NCBI GenBank assembly: GCA_008632985.1 | Contig: QPGO01000055.1 | Coordinates: forward strand, 62,001-126,000 | Direction of reading: 5' to 3' | Origin: Psammoneis japonica | Lineage: Eukaryota | Length of the DNA: 64,000 nt | In this document: in pieces, positions 52,869 to 63,390 of the stretch | Position numbering within the stretch: position 1 is the stretch's first letter | Layout of the letters: each line of letters begins with the position of its first letter | The notes under the pieces: model-generated | Told to the model about the DNA's origin: nothing | The model's input: the letters and a program-made list of their open reading frames with translations, nothing else | The model's database searches: none | Program-made: the position numbers and the translations under genes

Positions 52869-54705
52869 TGTTTGTTGGGGAGTCACCCAAATGAAGGAAT
52901 TGAAGAAATTCAAGGAATGGAGGCAGAGCATCCCTCCTGCAAGCAACTGCATCCAGGTGGCTGACTGGCCATGTGGGTGCAGATTTCACAGCAATCAAAG
53001 GATGAATTCATGGTCACTTGAGCTTGAGGAGGCAGGCATCACAACATCACAGCACCCAACTGCAGCAAACAGTTTGAGCCCCCATCATCACACAATCTTC
53101 CATCTCTCCACTCCTCTCATCAATGCCATGCTGCACAAAGAAGATCATGAGATCAAGTCCCCCAAAACAAAAACAAAAGTCAACACACTGAAATGGCCAG
53201 ATTGCAGGAATGGTGGTGTGCCAGGGAATCAACTGGATGAAGGAATTCAACAAATTCAAGGAACAAACAGCAAAATGTCCCTCCTGTGAGCAGTTGTGTC
53301 CAGGTGGCTGACCAGTCATGTGGGCACAGATTTCACAGCAATTGAAACAAATTCACAGTCGCTGGAGCTCAAGGAGGTGCTCTGCTCAGTTGTCTCTCAA
53401 CTGCAGGTGGCGAAGTGCTGACAAGCACCAGTGCAGTTGTGCTGCTGTCTCTTTGGAGTGAGTGTTGAGCCGACAAGTTAATGGCTCCAAACAGGAAACA
53501 GGAATCCTGCAAGGCTTCCTGTGCTCTTGTTGTGCTTGCCTTGGCTGCTTGTGCAGCTGTGGGCTCTGGTTTGCCTGCAAAGTTGTCTGTGCAAACTTCA
53601 AACTGACAACGTGACAATGTGGTGTGAAATGATTGCATCCTCTCAACAACCCCAATGTGCCAAATGACTCACTCCACCAAAAAGAGCAAGAACAACAAAA
53701 CAGACGTGCATCAGATCAGCAACAATGCACCTTTGATCTCAGTGAGTCACCACATCCCTCACAACTGAAGAAGTTTCAACATCTTTTCTTCAACATGCAC
53801 CCGGGTCTCTTGAATTCCCACCTCACACAACTTGTCCCAACAGTGTTGACCAGGACAACTGACACCCCACATTTTTTAAGGCACTTTTTGCTGACAGCAG
53901 ACTTGAACATTTCAGTCTCTTTGTGGCTCACACAGTCATTGCCAACAGGCTGACTGAAATGACATGTGTTCAAACACCCATGTTTTTTGCTGTTCACTTG
54001 AATTTTCCATTGTGCCAATGGGGTTGCGAGCGGGGCACCATGCTGAACTCATGCACTGTTTTTTCAGCTGTTGCAGTGCCACATTTTTTTTTGCAAATTT
54101 GTGGTTTGTTGGGCTGCTGTTGGTCAGTTTTCATTGTGCAGCCATCACTTTTTGTCTCTGATGGCGGCAAGTGTCCCTGCTCCAGGATTTGCAAAGCTCT
54201 TGCAGCTTGTCTCATCTGTGCAAAAATGAGCACTGTTGCTCAAAACCTGCTTGTGCCGCCAAATGCACCAAATCTCTGCAGCTTTCTGCTGTTCACAGAG
54301 CTGCCGCGCTTCACCAAGCCATCACCGCAGCAATCTCCAGGCCAGCAGCTTTGTTTGGTGTGAAAGCAGCTCCATCATGTTCTGTCAGCCCATTCTGTCA
54401 GCCTGCATCCTTTTGGGCACATGCTGTGATGGTTCATCCCATGGCTCTCACATTTTTTGGGAGTGCAGCAGGATCTGTGCATTGGCAGAAGACTGCAAGC
54501 CTGCAAGGGTTCATCCAATGGCCCAAAATTTGGCTGGGGACACGTTCCAGCTCTAGGTGGGTCCTCTCGCACTGCTGAGCTGTCAATGGGAATCATTCAA
54601 AAATGTCACAAGAGTCACAATTGGCATTTCACATGAGGAAAAATGCCAAATCGTGCAGAAATGCACACAATGTCATGCGAGAGGGTGATTGGGGCTGCTG
54701 ACTTT

Positions 54706-54804
54706 TCGGGAACTCAATTGAAATGTCATCTGATCAAGGGTGTTTTGATTTAGATGGTGAAGAGCAACACCCTTGATCAGATGACATTTCAATTGATTTC
54801 CCGA
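54706..54804. repeat. Inverted repeat: perfect 30-bp arms (54715-54744, 54766-54795), 21-nt loop
   Basis: CAATTGAAATGTCATCTGATCAAGGGTGTT / AACACCCTTGATCAGATGACATTTCAATTG; extends a further 9 bp with one mismatch. Confidence 0.95.
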
Positions 54805-55719
54805 GGAGTTGATGTTGGAATGTGGATGGGTGGACAGACTGACAACAAATGTTTCTGGTGCTCTTCCACACAATTTCTGCGCAATGACTCTGAGAGCCGA
54901 GTGATGATTCCCATTGACATTGACAGTTTTTTGGATCGCGCCGCATGTCGCGCACGCAGATGGCTGCGTGCGACATTCTACGAAATTGTTTCACACTTCC
55001 CATTTTGCGAAGCCAAAGGCTTTCTGTTTTCAACATTTGTGACAATGAAAACATGCTGGGTGTGTTCTTCAATGTCTGCAGAACACACCCACGCCAACTG
55101 TTGTTGATGTGCTGCAAGTGTGAAGGAGGAGATGCATTCGTAAAATTGCCTCTTTTTCTGTTGGCGATCATTCATGTCATCATTGCTTGACAAATCTAAA
55201 ATGGAGCTCGCACGCAGAATTCTGCGGGCCAGATGTCACACGGAGTCCCACCTGGGATTGGAGCCCGTCTGGGGGTGCAGGTGCCAGTGTCCTCCCCCAT
55301 TTTTGCAGCACCTCCAAGAAGATGCAAGGGCCCACATCTCATGCAGCAGCTGTGCTGGCATGCCTGAAAGCATTTTTGCTTCTTTTCCTGATTTTGCTGG
55401 TGCAGCAGCACCCCCCTTGGCAGCTCCAGCAGTGGCGGTTTCTCTGGCAGCAGTGGCAGCAGGCCTGTTCCAGCTCCAGGTGATGCGCACGGGTTCGTTT
55501 CTCATCATTTGAGAAATCGTCGCATTTGGCGCAATTGGCTTTTTCAAAATCCGTTTTTTGCCAAATCGAAGGGCAAGTGCACACTTTACATGCATTTTTG
55601 GGTGCACACTTGCCTTTCGATTTTTGAAACAATCAAAATTGAAGGAGTTGTTTGCACTAAACTGCGCAGAAAATCGGCCTCTCGTGTGATGAAAATCGTC
55701 TCACCTGGAGCTGGAACAG

Positions 55720-56170
55720 GCCAGCATCGTCATCATCAGCGTTGCTGTCATCTCTGGCAGCAGAAATTTCCCTGGCAGGTTTGGCATCAGCAACAGCATC
55801 AGCAGCATCATTGGCATCATCAGCACCTGGCAGCAGTGGTTTCCCTGGCAGATTTGGCAGTGGCAGCCATGGCATTGGCATCTCTGGTGGTGGCAGCTTC
55901 CCGGGCATCATTGGCAGTGGCATTGTTGACAGCAGCATTTGCATCTCTGCCAGTGGCACCTTTCCCAACAGCATCAACAGCAGTGGCAGTGCCATCTCCT
56001 CATGTGGCAGTGGCAGTTTCCAGAGTGTCAGCAGCAGCAACAAGAGTTGCCTCTTGCTTGCAGCTGGCAGCAGTTTCCCTGGCAGAATCAGCAGTGGCAA
56101 CAGTGGCAGCAGCAGTGTCATTTCCATCTCTGCCAGTGGCATTTTCCCTGGTGGCATTAACAGCATGAGT
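55720..56170 (+). repeat. Low-complexity minisatellite (GGCAGCAGT / TTTCCCTGGCA units)
   Basis: Recurring CAGCAGTGGCAG and TTTCCCTGG motifs. Confidence 0.75.
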
Positions 56171-56881
56171 TGGAGATGCTTCCTTGTCAAATTTGTTGAA
56201 TTTGTAGTCAAGAAGCAGTTTCAGTCCAAGCTTTAATGTGCAATTGATGGACCAAGACAGAAACGTTAACGCTCCTAAACGAACAATGATTCTTGTTGGT
56301 TTCGATATAACAGGGGCAATCGTAGAACGGATCGATTGCCAATCCTACAGTGCATGGCTTACACGCTTCAGCAAGCTTACATTATGATCTTTTCAACAAG
56401 TTCCTCCACCGTTGCATAAGAGGGCTTTCATGCTTTCATGAGCGATTTGAAAAGTCCAACATCTTGGTTTCTTTTGATCGATTTCACCCTTCGGCCTCTG
56501 CGCGGCGCAATTGTCCACCTGACATGTGTCACTCCAATTGTTGGCTCCCAATAGAAAAGGTTGCCCTTTTGAATTTGTAGAAAATATGTGATTGCACTGG
56601 ACAACGAACCAGACCTACCGTACATCACTCGCTTGAGACCGCAGAGACCTGGATGACATTATTCATTGTTTTCCATAAACTTGCAATAATTTCATTGACA
56701 CCCTACCGTGCATAAAATTCTCTAGAGTCGAGCGGTGCTACTTGGCTTCGTATCAAATTAACTTCTCTCTGGTTTTTGTTTCTAGATATTGAAGATGCAA
56801 TGAACTAGCGGTGCATTGCGTGCATTTTATGCGGGATAGCTTGATTTTGAGTCCAGATGGCCGTTGAACGCTCCATTGTGC

Positions 56882-57961
56882 CTACACAAAACTGCTTGGT
56901 TCTGTCTTAACAACTTGAACCTCCATTATGAGACTTTGATCGAATCGCTGCGCCATTCGTCGCTGCTCCGCATACGTTGTCGGGAAGGGAAGCTTGGACT
57001 TGTCAAAGCAGTCTTCGGTTGCCACCATTGTAGCTGTAGGCACCACAACATAGTCAGTCTTGAGAGAACCGCCCGATCCTTTACCTCCAGGACCACCATC
57101 GCAATACGAAGTCGGTTTCTCCCATCCCATTTGTGGCAGTATTGCAAACCGACGGGTTCCTCCAACTTTCATTCCAACCAAGGCTTCGTTCAAGGCTCCA
57201 ATGTTTTGCTGTGAACCAACAGTGGTAAGAAAGGACTTTACGCCAGGCTTGTCCTCATCGTCTTCAAATCCATATCCTACAGAAAGCATTTTGTGGCGTT
57301 AAGTGTAGAGAAGACGAAAAAATATTAGAAAGACATAACCCCAGGAGATCGAGATCAATAAATTCAGAGATTCATTCGCACCTCGTGAAAAAACCACAGT
57401 TCCTTCACCACTCAATCCATCATACGAACGCTTCCCTAGTTTGAGCACTTGATAGTAAATCGTAACATCATCACCCTTCTTGACCTCGTCTCCGGTTCCA
57501 GCTTGAACATCACGATATCTAACCCCACCAGAGGTTGTCTGTGGCGGAGGACCACTTTCTTTTGCCATGAGTTCGGCTTGTTCTTGAGCTTTTCGTTCCG
57601 CCATTTCCTGACATTCTTCAACATTGGTACACTTTGGCTTGTCGGACATGGGCTTTTGTTTTGGCGGTGGCGCAACACCCTTGACGAGCGCCTGGGCTGG
57701 GATAGCGCCAACTACCGTTCCAAGAGCAGAACTAATCACGCCGCCCAAGACTCCACGTCGAATTTCATCGGGAACAAGGTTTTTGCTGTGATTGTCGCCG
57801 TCATTTCTTTCTGATTTCAATATTGATAATCGTGAATAATGGCGAGATGCCAATCGGATCCTGTTCTTGCCACAGCCTTGCGAAGGAACCCATGCAGAAA
57901 CGCTGGAGCAACCCAACCCCAACAGCAGGAGGAAGCTAGCAGCTGTATATAAAGAAACCAT
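56882..57961 (-). CDS. FKBP-type peptidyl-prolyl isomerase, plastid/thylakoid-lumen targeted; intron 57277-57381
   Basis: Signal VSA-W, RR motif plus hydrophobic stretch and AQA, FKBP motifs SGGVRYRDV..GTG and GMKVGGTRR; GT..TAG intron joins the ORFs in frame. Confidence 0.85.
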
Positions 57962-58279
57962 TTCTTTACAAGCTATTCTTCTCTCTCAGTCGAAAAGCCC
58001 TGAACACAAGTAATGACGATAGATAGATGTCGCTTTGTTGCAAAAATGATGGTGCGCCGCAACGCATACGTCACAGCGTGGTATCGCGTAGAATCGATAC
58101 CATGGTCTACAGCAGTGACACAGAATTTCCCGCCAAAAAAAGATCGCGATCCTGAAGATTTCAATTGCCCAATCCAAATCGCCATCATCACACGTTTATG
58201 GTACATACCGTTGATTGCCACTCCATCATCGTTAGCTATTATTGGCGTTCGACTGATTAGAGAGAGCTCATCATTAAAA

Positions 58280-59008
58280 ATGGCTTTCACCTTGTTACAA
58301 ATCTCGAGTATTTGCTCCCTCGTTTTGTCTTCAGCGGCATTCGCTCCTCCTAGTGTCGTTGAGCATGCATCACGTTGTAGTAGCATGAGCATGTCTAACG
58401 AGGAAAATCCCGATGTTTCCTCTAATTTACGACGGTCGTGTCTCTTGGGTACATTGACTCTTCCCCTCTTGACGCAACCGGTTCTCGCAGAAGATACAGA
58501 AATGTTTTCACCAAAGTTTGTTCAAGAATACGGAGACTTTACTCGCACAAACGAAGGATGGTCCTACCGCGATGTCAAGGTGGGACAAGGAGGAGAGGGT
58601 GCCAAGCCTGGCGATCGTGTGGTTTACGATTGGAGTGGATATACTATTGGATATTTTGGAAGACCGTTCCAAGCCAAGGGTGGTCCACAGGGAGGTGCTT
58701 TTGACAAGGATCAGGACTATATGCGTACCGTGATTGGGAGCGGAAAGGCTGTCAAAGGACTAGAACAAGCGTTTGTGGATATGAAGCCTGGTAGCGTTCG
58801 ACAGGTGATTGTGCCTTATGGGGACCTTTCGTACCCAAGTGATGATCTGGACCATGATCGTGTGGGACCAAAGCCCACCAGCTTTTCCGGCGTGCGAGCA
58901 CTAAACTTTGTGCTTGAAAACCCTCGTGTCGACAGAACTCTTCTTTTCAATGTGAAGGTTATTCGTGTCGACAAGCCAAATGGAAAAGGAGGATTTATTC
59001 GAGGCTAA
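58280..59008 (+). CDS. FKBP-type PPIase, thylakoid-lumen FKBP19-like
   Basis: SSAA-FAP motif, RR lumen signal, YTIGYFGRPF, GPKPTSFSGVRALNFVL, DRTLLFNV. Confidence 0.85.
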   Translation: MAFTLLQISSICSLVLSSAAFAPPSVVEHASRCSSMSMSNEENPDVSSNLRRSCLLGTLTLPLLTQPVLAEDTEMFSPKFVQEYGDFTRTNEGWSYRDVKVGQGGEGAKPGDRVVYDWSGYTIGYFGRPFQAKGGPQGGAFDKDQDYMRTVIGSGKAVKGLEQAFVDMKPGSVRQVIVPYGDLSYPSDDLDHDRVGPKPTSFSGVRALNFVLENPRVDRTLLFNVKVIRVDKPNGKGGFIRG

Positions 59009-59311
59009 AATCGGACGCACCTTTCATACGCTATGCTTATTTTTTATCCTGCTGTCATAATAACATGTAATAGGAAACAATGGTTAGAGTTTACGGCACA
59101 ACATGAATGAATGCGGTTGCTCGCTGGAGTTATGCACTTTTTCAAGATCTAGAGTTTATTGGGCGTTTTTGGAAAAGGCAGCTGCGAAAGTAAAAATTTG
59201 TGTCATAAAGCCCTACCGAGAATTAATGGATACAGACGGGATAGAAGGCAATCGCATATCTGCTGCAGCGCCACCTTCATCGTTGCATCCACGGCGTTCT
59301 TGAGAGATGAA

Positions 59312-60172
59312 TTACTCTGGCTTCGTTGCGACAAGCTTGAGACTCGTGACATAATCCTTGGGTGAAATGCCTTCTGGAATCTCTTTCATGATGTTCTGAA
59401 ACAATGGATCCTTACTCTTCGACATTTCTTCAACATACGCGGATTCGCGCTCTGCACTGATAACAACGAGGCCAGCATCTTTCACCATCGCAACGACATC
59501 ATCAATAAGTGCCGCACCGGCTACGCATCCGACCAGGGCATAAATAGACTCTTGGAGCTTATCAGGAAGTGGTTGGAGAAGCGCAATGTCTGACACACAA
59601 GCACGACCACCGGGCTTGAGAACGCGTTCAATCTCCCGCCAGACTTGCTCCTTTTCAGGAGATAAATTAATAACGCAGTTACTGATCACCACATCCACAC
59701 TGTTATCCGCAACTGGCAAATGCTCAATCTCACCAAGGCGAAACTCGGTGTTTTCGAGTCCCGATCGCTTGGCAAACTTCACAGCGTTCGCACGAGCCTT
59801 TTGTAGCATTTCATATGTCATGTCAACTCCAATCGCACGGCCAGTAGGACCAACCTTACGGGCGGCAATAAACACGTCAAAACCCCCACCACTTCCCAGA
59901 TCCAAAACGATCTGTCCTTCTTTCAAGGAGGCAATCGCCGTCGGGTTGCCGCAGGAGAGACCCATGTTGGAGCCTTCGGGAAGGGCAGCCAACTCGGCAG
60001 CGTCATACCCAAGGGCCTTGGCGAGATCAGTGTTTCCGTCCTGGTTAGAACCACCCGAACAACAGGTAGGAGCACTGCTGCCACAACAAGACTGGTTTTT
60101 CTGAGCGATCCCGGCGTAACCGGACCGAACCTGGTTTCGAATTTCTTCCTTCTTTTCCGAAATCGAGCTCAT
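59312..60172 (-). CDS. arsM: Arsenite S-adenosylmethionine methyltransferase
   Basis: N-terminal CC pairs, GLSCGNP, LDLGSGGGFD, GVDMT, ISNCVINL, GCVAGA. Confidence 0.9.
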   Translation of the reverse strand: MSSISEKKEEIRNQVRSGYAGIAQKNQSCCGSSAPTCCSGGSNQDGNTDLAKALGYDAAELAALPEGSNMGLSCGNPTAIASLKEGQIVLDLGSGGGFDVFIAARKVGPTGRAIGVDMTYEMLQKARANAVKFAKRSGLENTEFRLGEIEHLPVADNSVDVVISNCVINLSPEKEQVWREIERVLKPGGRACVSDIALLQPLPDKLQESIYALVGCVAGAALIDDVVAMVKDAGLVVISAERESAYVEEMSKSKDPLFQNIMKEIPEGISPKDYVTSLKLVATKPE

Positions 60173-60782
60173 GATGGTGTCTGCTGTGGACTTTCAAATG
60201 GCACTAACACAATCTGTTGAAGAGCACGAAAAATGCACCACGACTATGTAGAGAACTTTCAACGAAGAATGACAGCGCAATGCGAACTTGAGAACAAAAA
60301 GGAATAGGGCCTTCAATCCTTCGGTGCCAGTTGAGTCTTTCCACGACCACGACTCATTTTGGTGGCGTTCCCGAACCAGGATATCACAATCTACTCCCGC
60401 CTTCCTTTTTTATCTCTCTTGTCGATGATTGTATGTATTGTAAAATTTGGATTCCAGCAAGTGGAGGCTGCCAACTGAATCTGCACCCGACCCAATCCCG
60501 ACGCTGAATGAAGGCTCCTTATTCGCCGAAACTTTCTTATGATGAACGTCAGCACCTACTTCTACTTACGCCACACCTGTACGATGACTACGTTTTGAAG
60601 ATAAAGGATTGAAGCATCATCATTACTCAATACTTTGGTGTTTCTATGCTGCCGATCTTCGTTCTGCCGAGAAAACCTTCTGTAATCACAACAAACGTCG
60701 AGTACCCAACCCGATAATGTTTGATCCTCACCCATGGATGCACGCGAGTCCTGGAGTTGGAGCAACTACGCATTTGATTCTC

Positions 60783-61610
60783 TTATCCCCGTCGCCCCCC
60801 ATCACTCCTTCGTCGTCCGCCAAAGGAAGCGAACACTTCATCATCCTGCTTGTAGCTGCCACGGTGATGGTCGTGATGACCATCGTGTCCGCCGTGTTCC
60901 TCGTCGAGTCGCCTACGACGTTCTGATGGGCGCTCATACTTAGGATGGCCTTCCTTCTCGGCTTTACTCTTCTTCTCTTCGTTTTCCTTTGTATACTTGG
61001 CCATCAGCTCGTTGAGCTCCTTCTTTTTGGCTTCAACCAAGACTCTGAATTTCTCTTCTGGCAGTTCGTTTTCATTGGCCTCCCGCAAGTCCTCCTCTGC
61101 CTTTGTTAGCTCCGCTCTCAACTCCTCAAGTTCAATGTTTTGATCTCTAGTAAAGTGCAGCACTTGGGCCTTTTTCTCTATACGAACGTCCACCGCCTTG
61201 GCGTCAATCCCTTTGCTCTTCAAGACTTCCTCTCGCGGCTTGGCGGCTCCAAATGGATTCGACTTGCTACTACTGGACGCTGCTGCAGATGAGGACGAAG
61301 CCCTGGCAGAGCGAGGTTTCAACTGAAATAAATCAAAGGGAAAATACGATGCGACATGCGAGAAGTGAGAGATTGAGTGTAAAAAGTGAGCGACGGCATA
61401 CCGACGACGCAAAGACAATAAGATGAAGATTTCGAAATAAATAGCATACAAAAACCCAAAGTGACATCAGCCAAAGTCAAAGATCCTTGACCGCACTGCC
61501 AACGCATACTGTACCTGAAGCCTCTTGCGTTCACGAGGCGCCTCGTTGTGATGCTCCTGGTGAAGATAGTCATCATGATGATCTTCAGACATGTCAGCCC
61601 AGGAAGACAT
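60783..61610 (-). CDS. eIF4B-like protein; exons 61610-61515 and 61322-60783
   Basis: MSSWAD start, RKRLQLKPRS across the splice junction, SNPFGAAKPREEVL, coiled coil. Confidence 0.65.
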
Positions 61611-62018
61611 GGTGACAAGAGTGGCTTTGTCGTGGCAGCAAAAGAAGAAGAAGAAGAAAGCACTCACTTCGGTGCGGCGCGAGAATTCTGCTGGCTGCCC
61701 CTGGGCGTGTGGCTGCAATGCGTGAAGTTGTGTAGGTTGTGGTACATTTTCTACGTTCATGTCACCGAAGTCTGTACTCGTACGTGAGAATGAGAGGTCG
61801 AGATCTGTTACAAGAAAGGCGCTGATGCTTTTTGAAGGATTTCTCCACTCGTACCAGGGGAGAAGGACGGACGGGCGATGTGTATTGTACCGTCCGTCCA
61901 TCACTCGTCATTCCGCAATTCCCTCGGCACCAACAACACACAACACACAAACAACACGACGCGATACTTCTGCTTGTTGTTGTCGTCACAGTCGCCGCTC
62001 TCATTACTCTAACACAAT

Positions 62019-62514
62019 ATGAAATTAGTCAAGTTCTTACAAAAGCTAAACAGAGAACAAGTGACCATTGAGTTAAAGAATGGGACCGTGATTCAAGGGA
62101 CAGTGGTTGGTGTTGATGCCACGATGAATTGTCATTTGAAGAAAGCTAAAGTTACAGTGTAAGGATTCCGAATTCCTATGTATGATCTTTCTTGTTGTTC
62201 ATGTCGGAGGGAATTCTTTATTCGATGCGAGCGTGTTATTCTATTGCAAAGTGTTATTGTGTATCTTACCGCTAAAAAATCTCTAACTTCTAATTGCTGC
62301 TGCTTTTCTGCTCTTTAGTCGCGGGAAGAACCCGGTTTCGTATGCTAATCTGAGTGTCCGAGGATCAACCATGAGGGCGTGGTTGTTGCCAGAATCACTG
62401 AACTTAGACGCACTTTTGGTGGACGATGCGCCCAAGAAACAAGTGACTCCTGTACAACCGGCTGGACGAGGACGAGGAGGAATGGGACGCGGTCGCGGAA
62501 GAGGACGAAGGTGA
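62019..62514 (+). CDS. SNRPD1: Small nuclear ribonucleoprotein Sm D1; exons 62019-62158 and 62319-62514 (absent from the ORF track)
   Basis: [61 protein letters not shown] and an RG-rich tail. Confidence 0.92.
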
Positions 62515-62776
62515 TTCTCAGGGAGAGTAAAAAGTTTAGAGTGGGTTTATGAAGAAAATTGTTCGAGTGAACCTAGTACGGGGGAACCCGCGATGGGATT
62601 GGATTGGTTGTACGGTGGACATACGCGCGGTGGAGATTGATGGGAATGGAATGATGGATTTGAACCGCAAACCAAGCGCATCTAGAGTAAGAGAACAACA
62701 CTTTTTTTCTCGTACGCAAAATCACACCCCACGCTCACGCTCTGTAGTATTGTACCATTCTCTTCATTCATCCACA

Positions 62777-63310
62777 ATGAGACGACTTTTGCATGCTCTC
62801 TTTGGAGGTGGGGACAGTGATGTTGTCAACAGTGGTTTGTTGTCCAGCTTGTTACTGTGTGGCGCTTGTCCTGCGATTGTTCCTGCTTGGATTGATGATG
62901 ATCCTACGCCGGACAAGAACATGTCGCCGAGTCTCTTGGGTTACATTCGCAACAACAGTAGTGGTGAGGACTATCCCCGTGAAACGAAGCCTCGCAAAAA
63001 ATCGAAAAAGAAGCAGATTGAGCCTTCCTTGATTCCTTGGGAATGGATGAGTTTTTGTCAAGACGAGGAGGAGGAGGAGGACGATGACGCGAGTCTCAAC
63101 TCGATCTCCACAGCCTGCAGCGAAGAGGATGCTGAAACGGATTTCCCACACCTATGGCCCAAGTCGGCGTGGTTCGAAAAAGAAGTAGTGATAGACAAAC
63201 ACGGCTGGGAAGCTCCTTCAATGGTGGACGAGGACGAAACGGAAGAACTTTATGGTCTTTCGATTATTCCAGAAGAATCGTCGCAGAGTGAAGATAGCGA
63301 ACGCGGCTGA
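62777..63310 (+). CDS. Hypothetical acidic protein
   Basis: ORF with ACAATG start context and normal composition. Confidence 0.5.
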   Translation: MRRLLHALFGGGDSDVVNSGLLSSLLLCGACPAIVPAWIDDDPTPDKNMSPSLLGYIRNNSSGEDYPRETKPRKKSKKKQIEPSLIPWEWMSFCQDEEEEEDDDASLNSISTACSEEDAETDFPHLWPKSAWFEKEVVIDKHGWEAPSMVDEDETEELYGLSIIPEESSQSEDSERG

Positions 63311-63390
63311 CTCCTCCTCTCGTTGAATACGATCGAGTGAATAGTGAGTGGTAATAAGATTTTAATTAGAAAATTGTGCATGAGTCAATC

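Larger units (their letters stand above)
30250..56230. other. Approx 26 kb block of nested transposon relics with strong TpA and CpG depletion
   Basis: Translations almost lack Tyr and are rich in Cys/His/Met/Trp/Gln; normal composition returns abruptly at both ends. Confidence 0.85.

Noticed and set aside
30250..56230. Hundreds of short Cys/His-rich ORFs as novel metal-binding proteins
   Set aside because: Explained by loss of TAA/TAG stops and TG/CA excess; they overlap in all six frames.
55509..56236. Ser/Gly- or Ala-rich ORFs as real genes
   Set aside because: Minisatellite open in several frames on both strands.
58013..58279. N-terminal extension of the FKBP ORF (and similarly 3826-3870 and 62549-62776)
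   Set aside because: Downstream ATGs give proper signal peptides or start context; the extensions look like promoter or UTR sequence.
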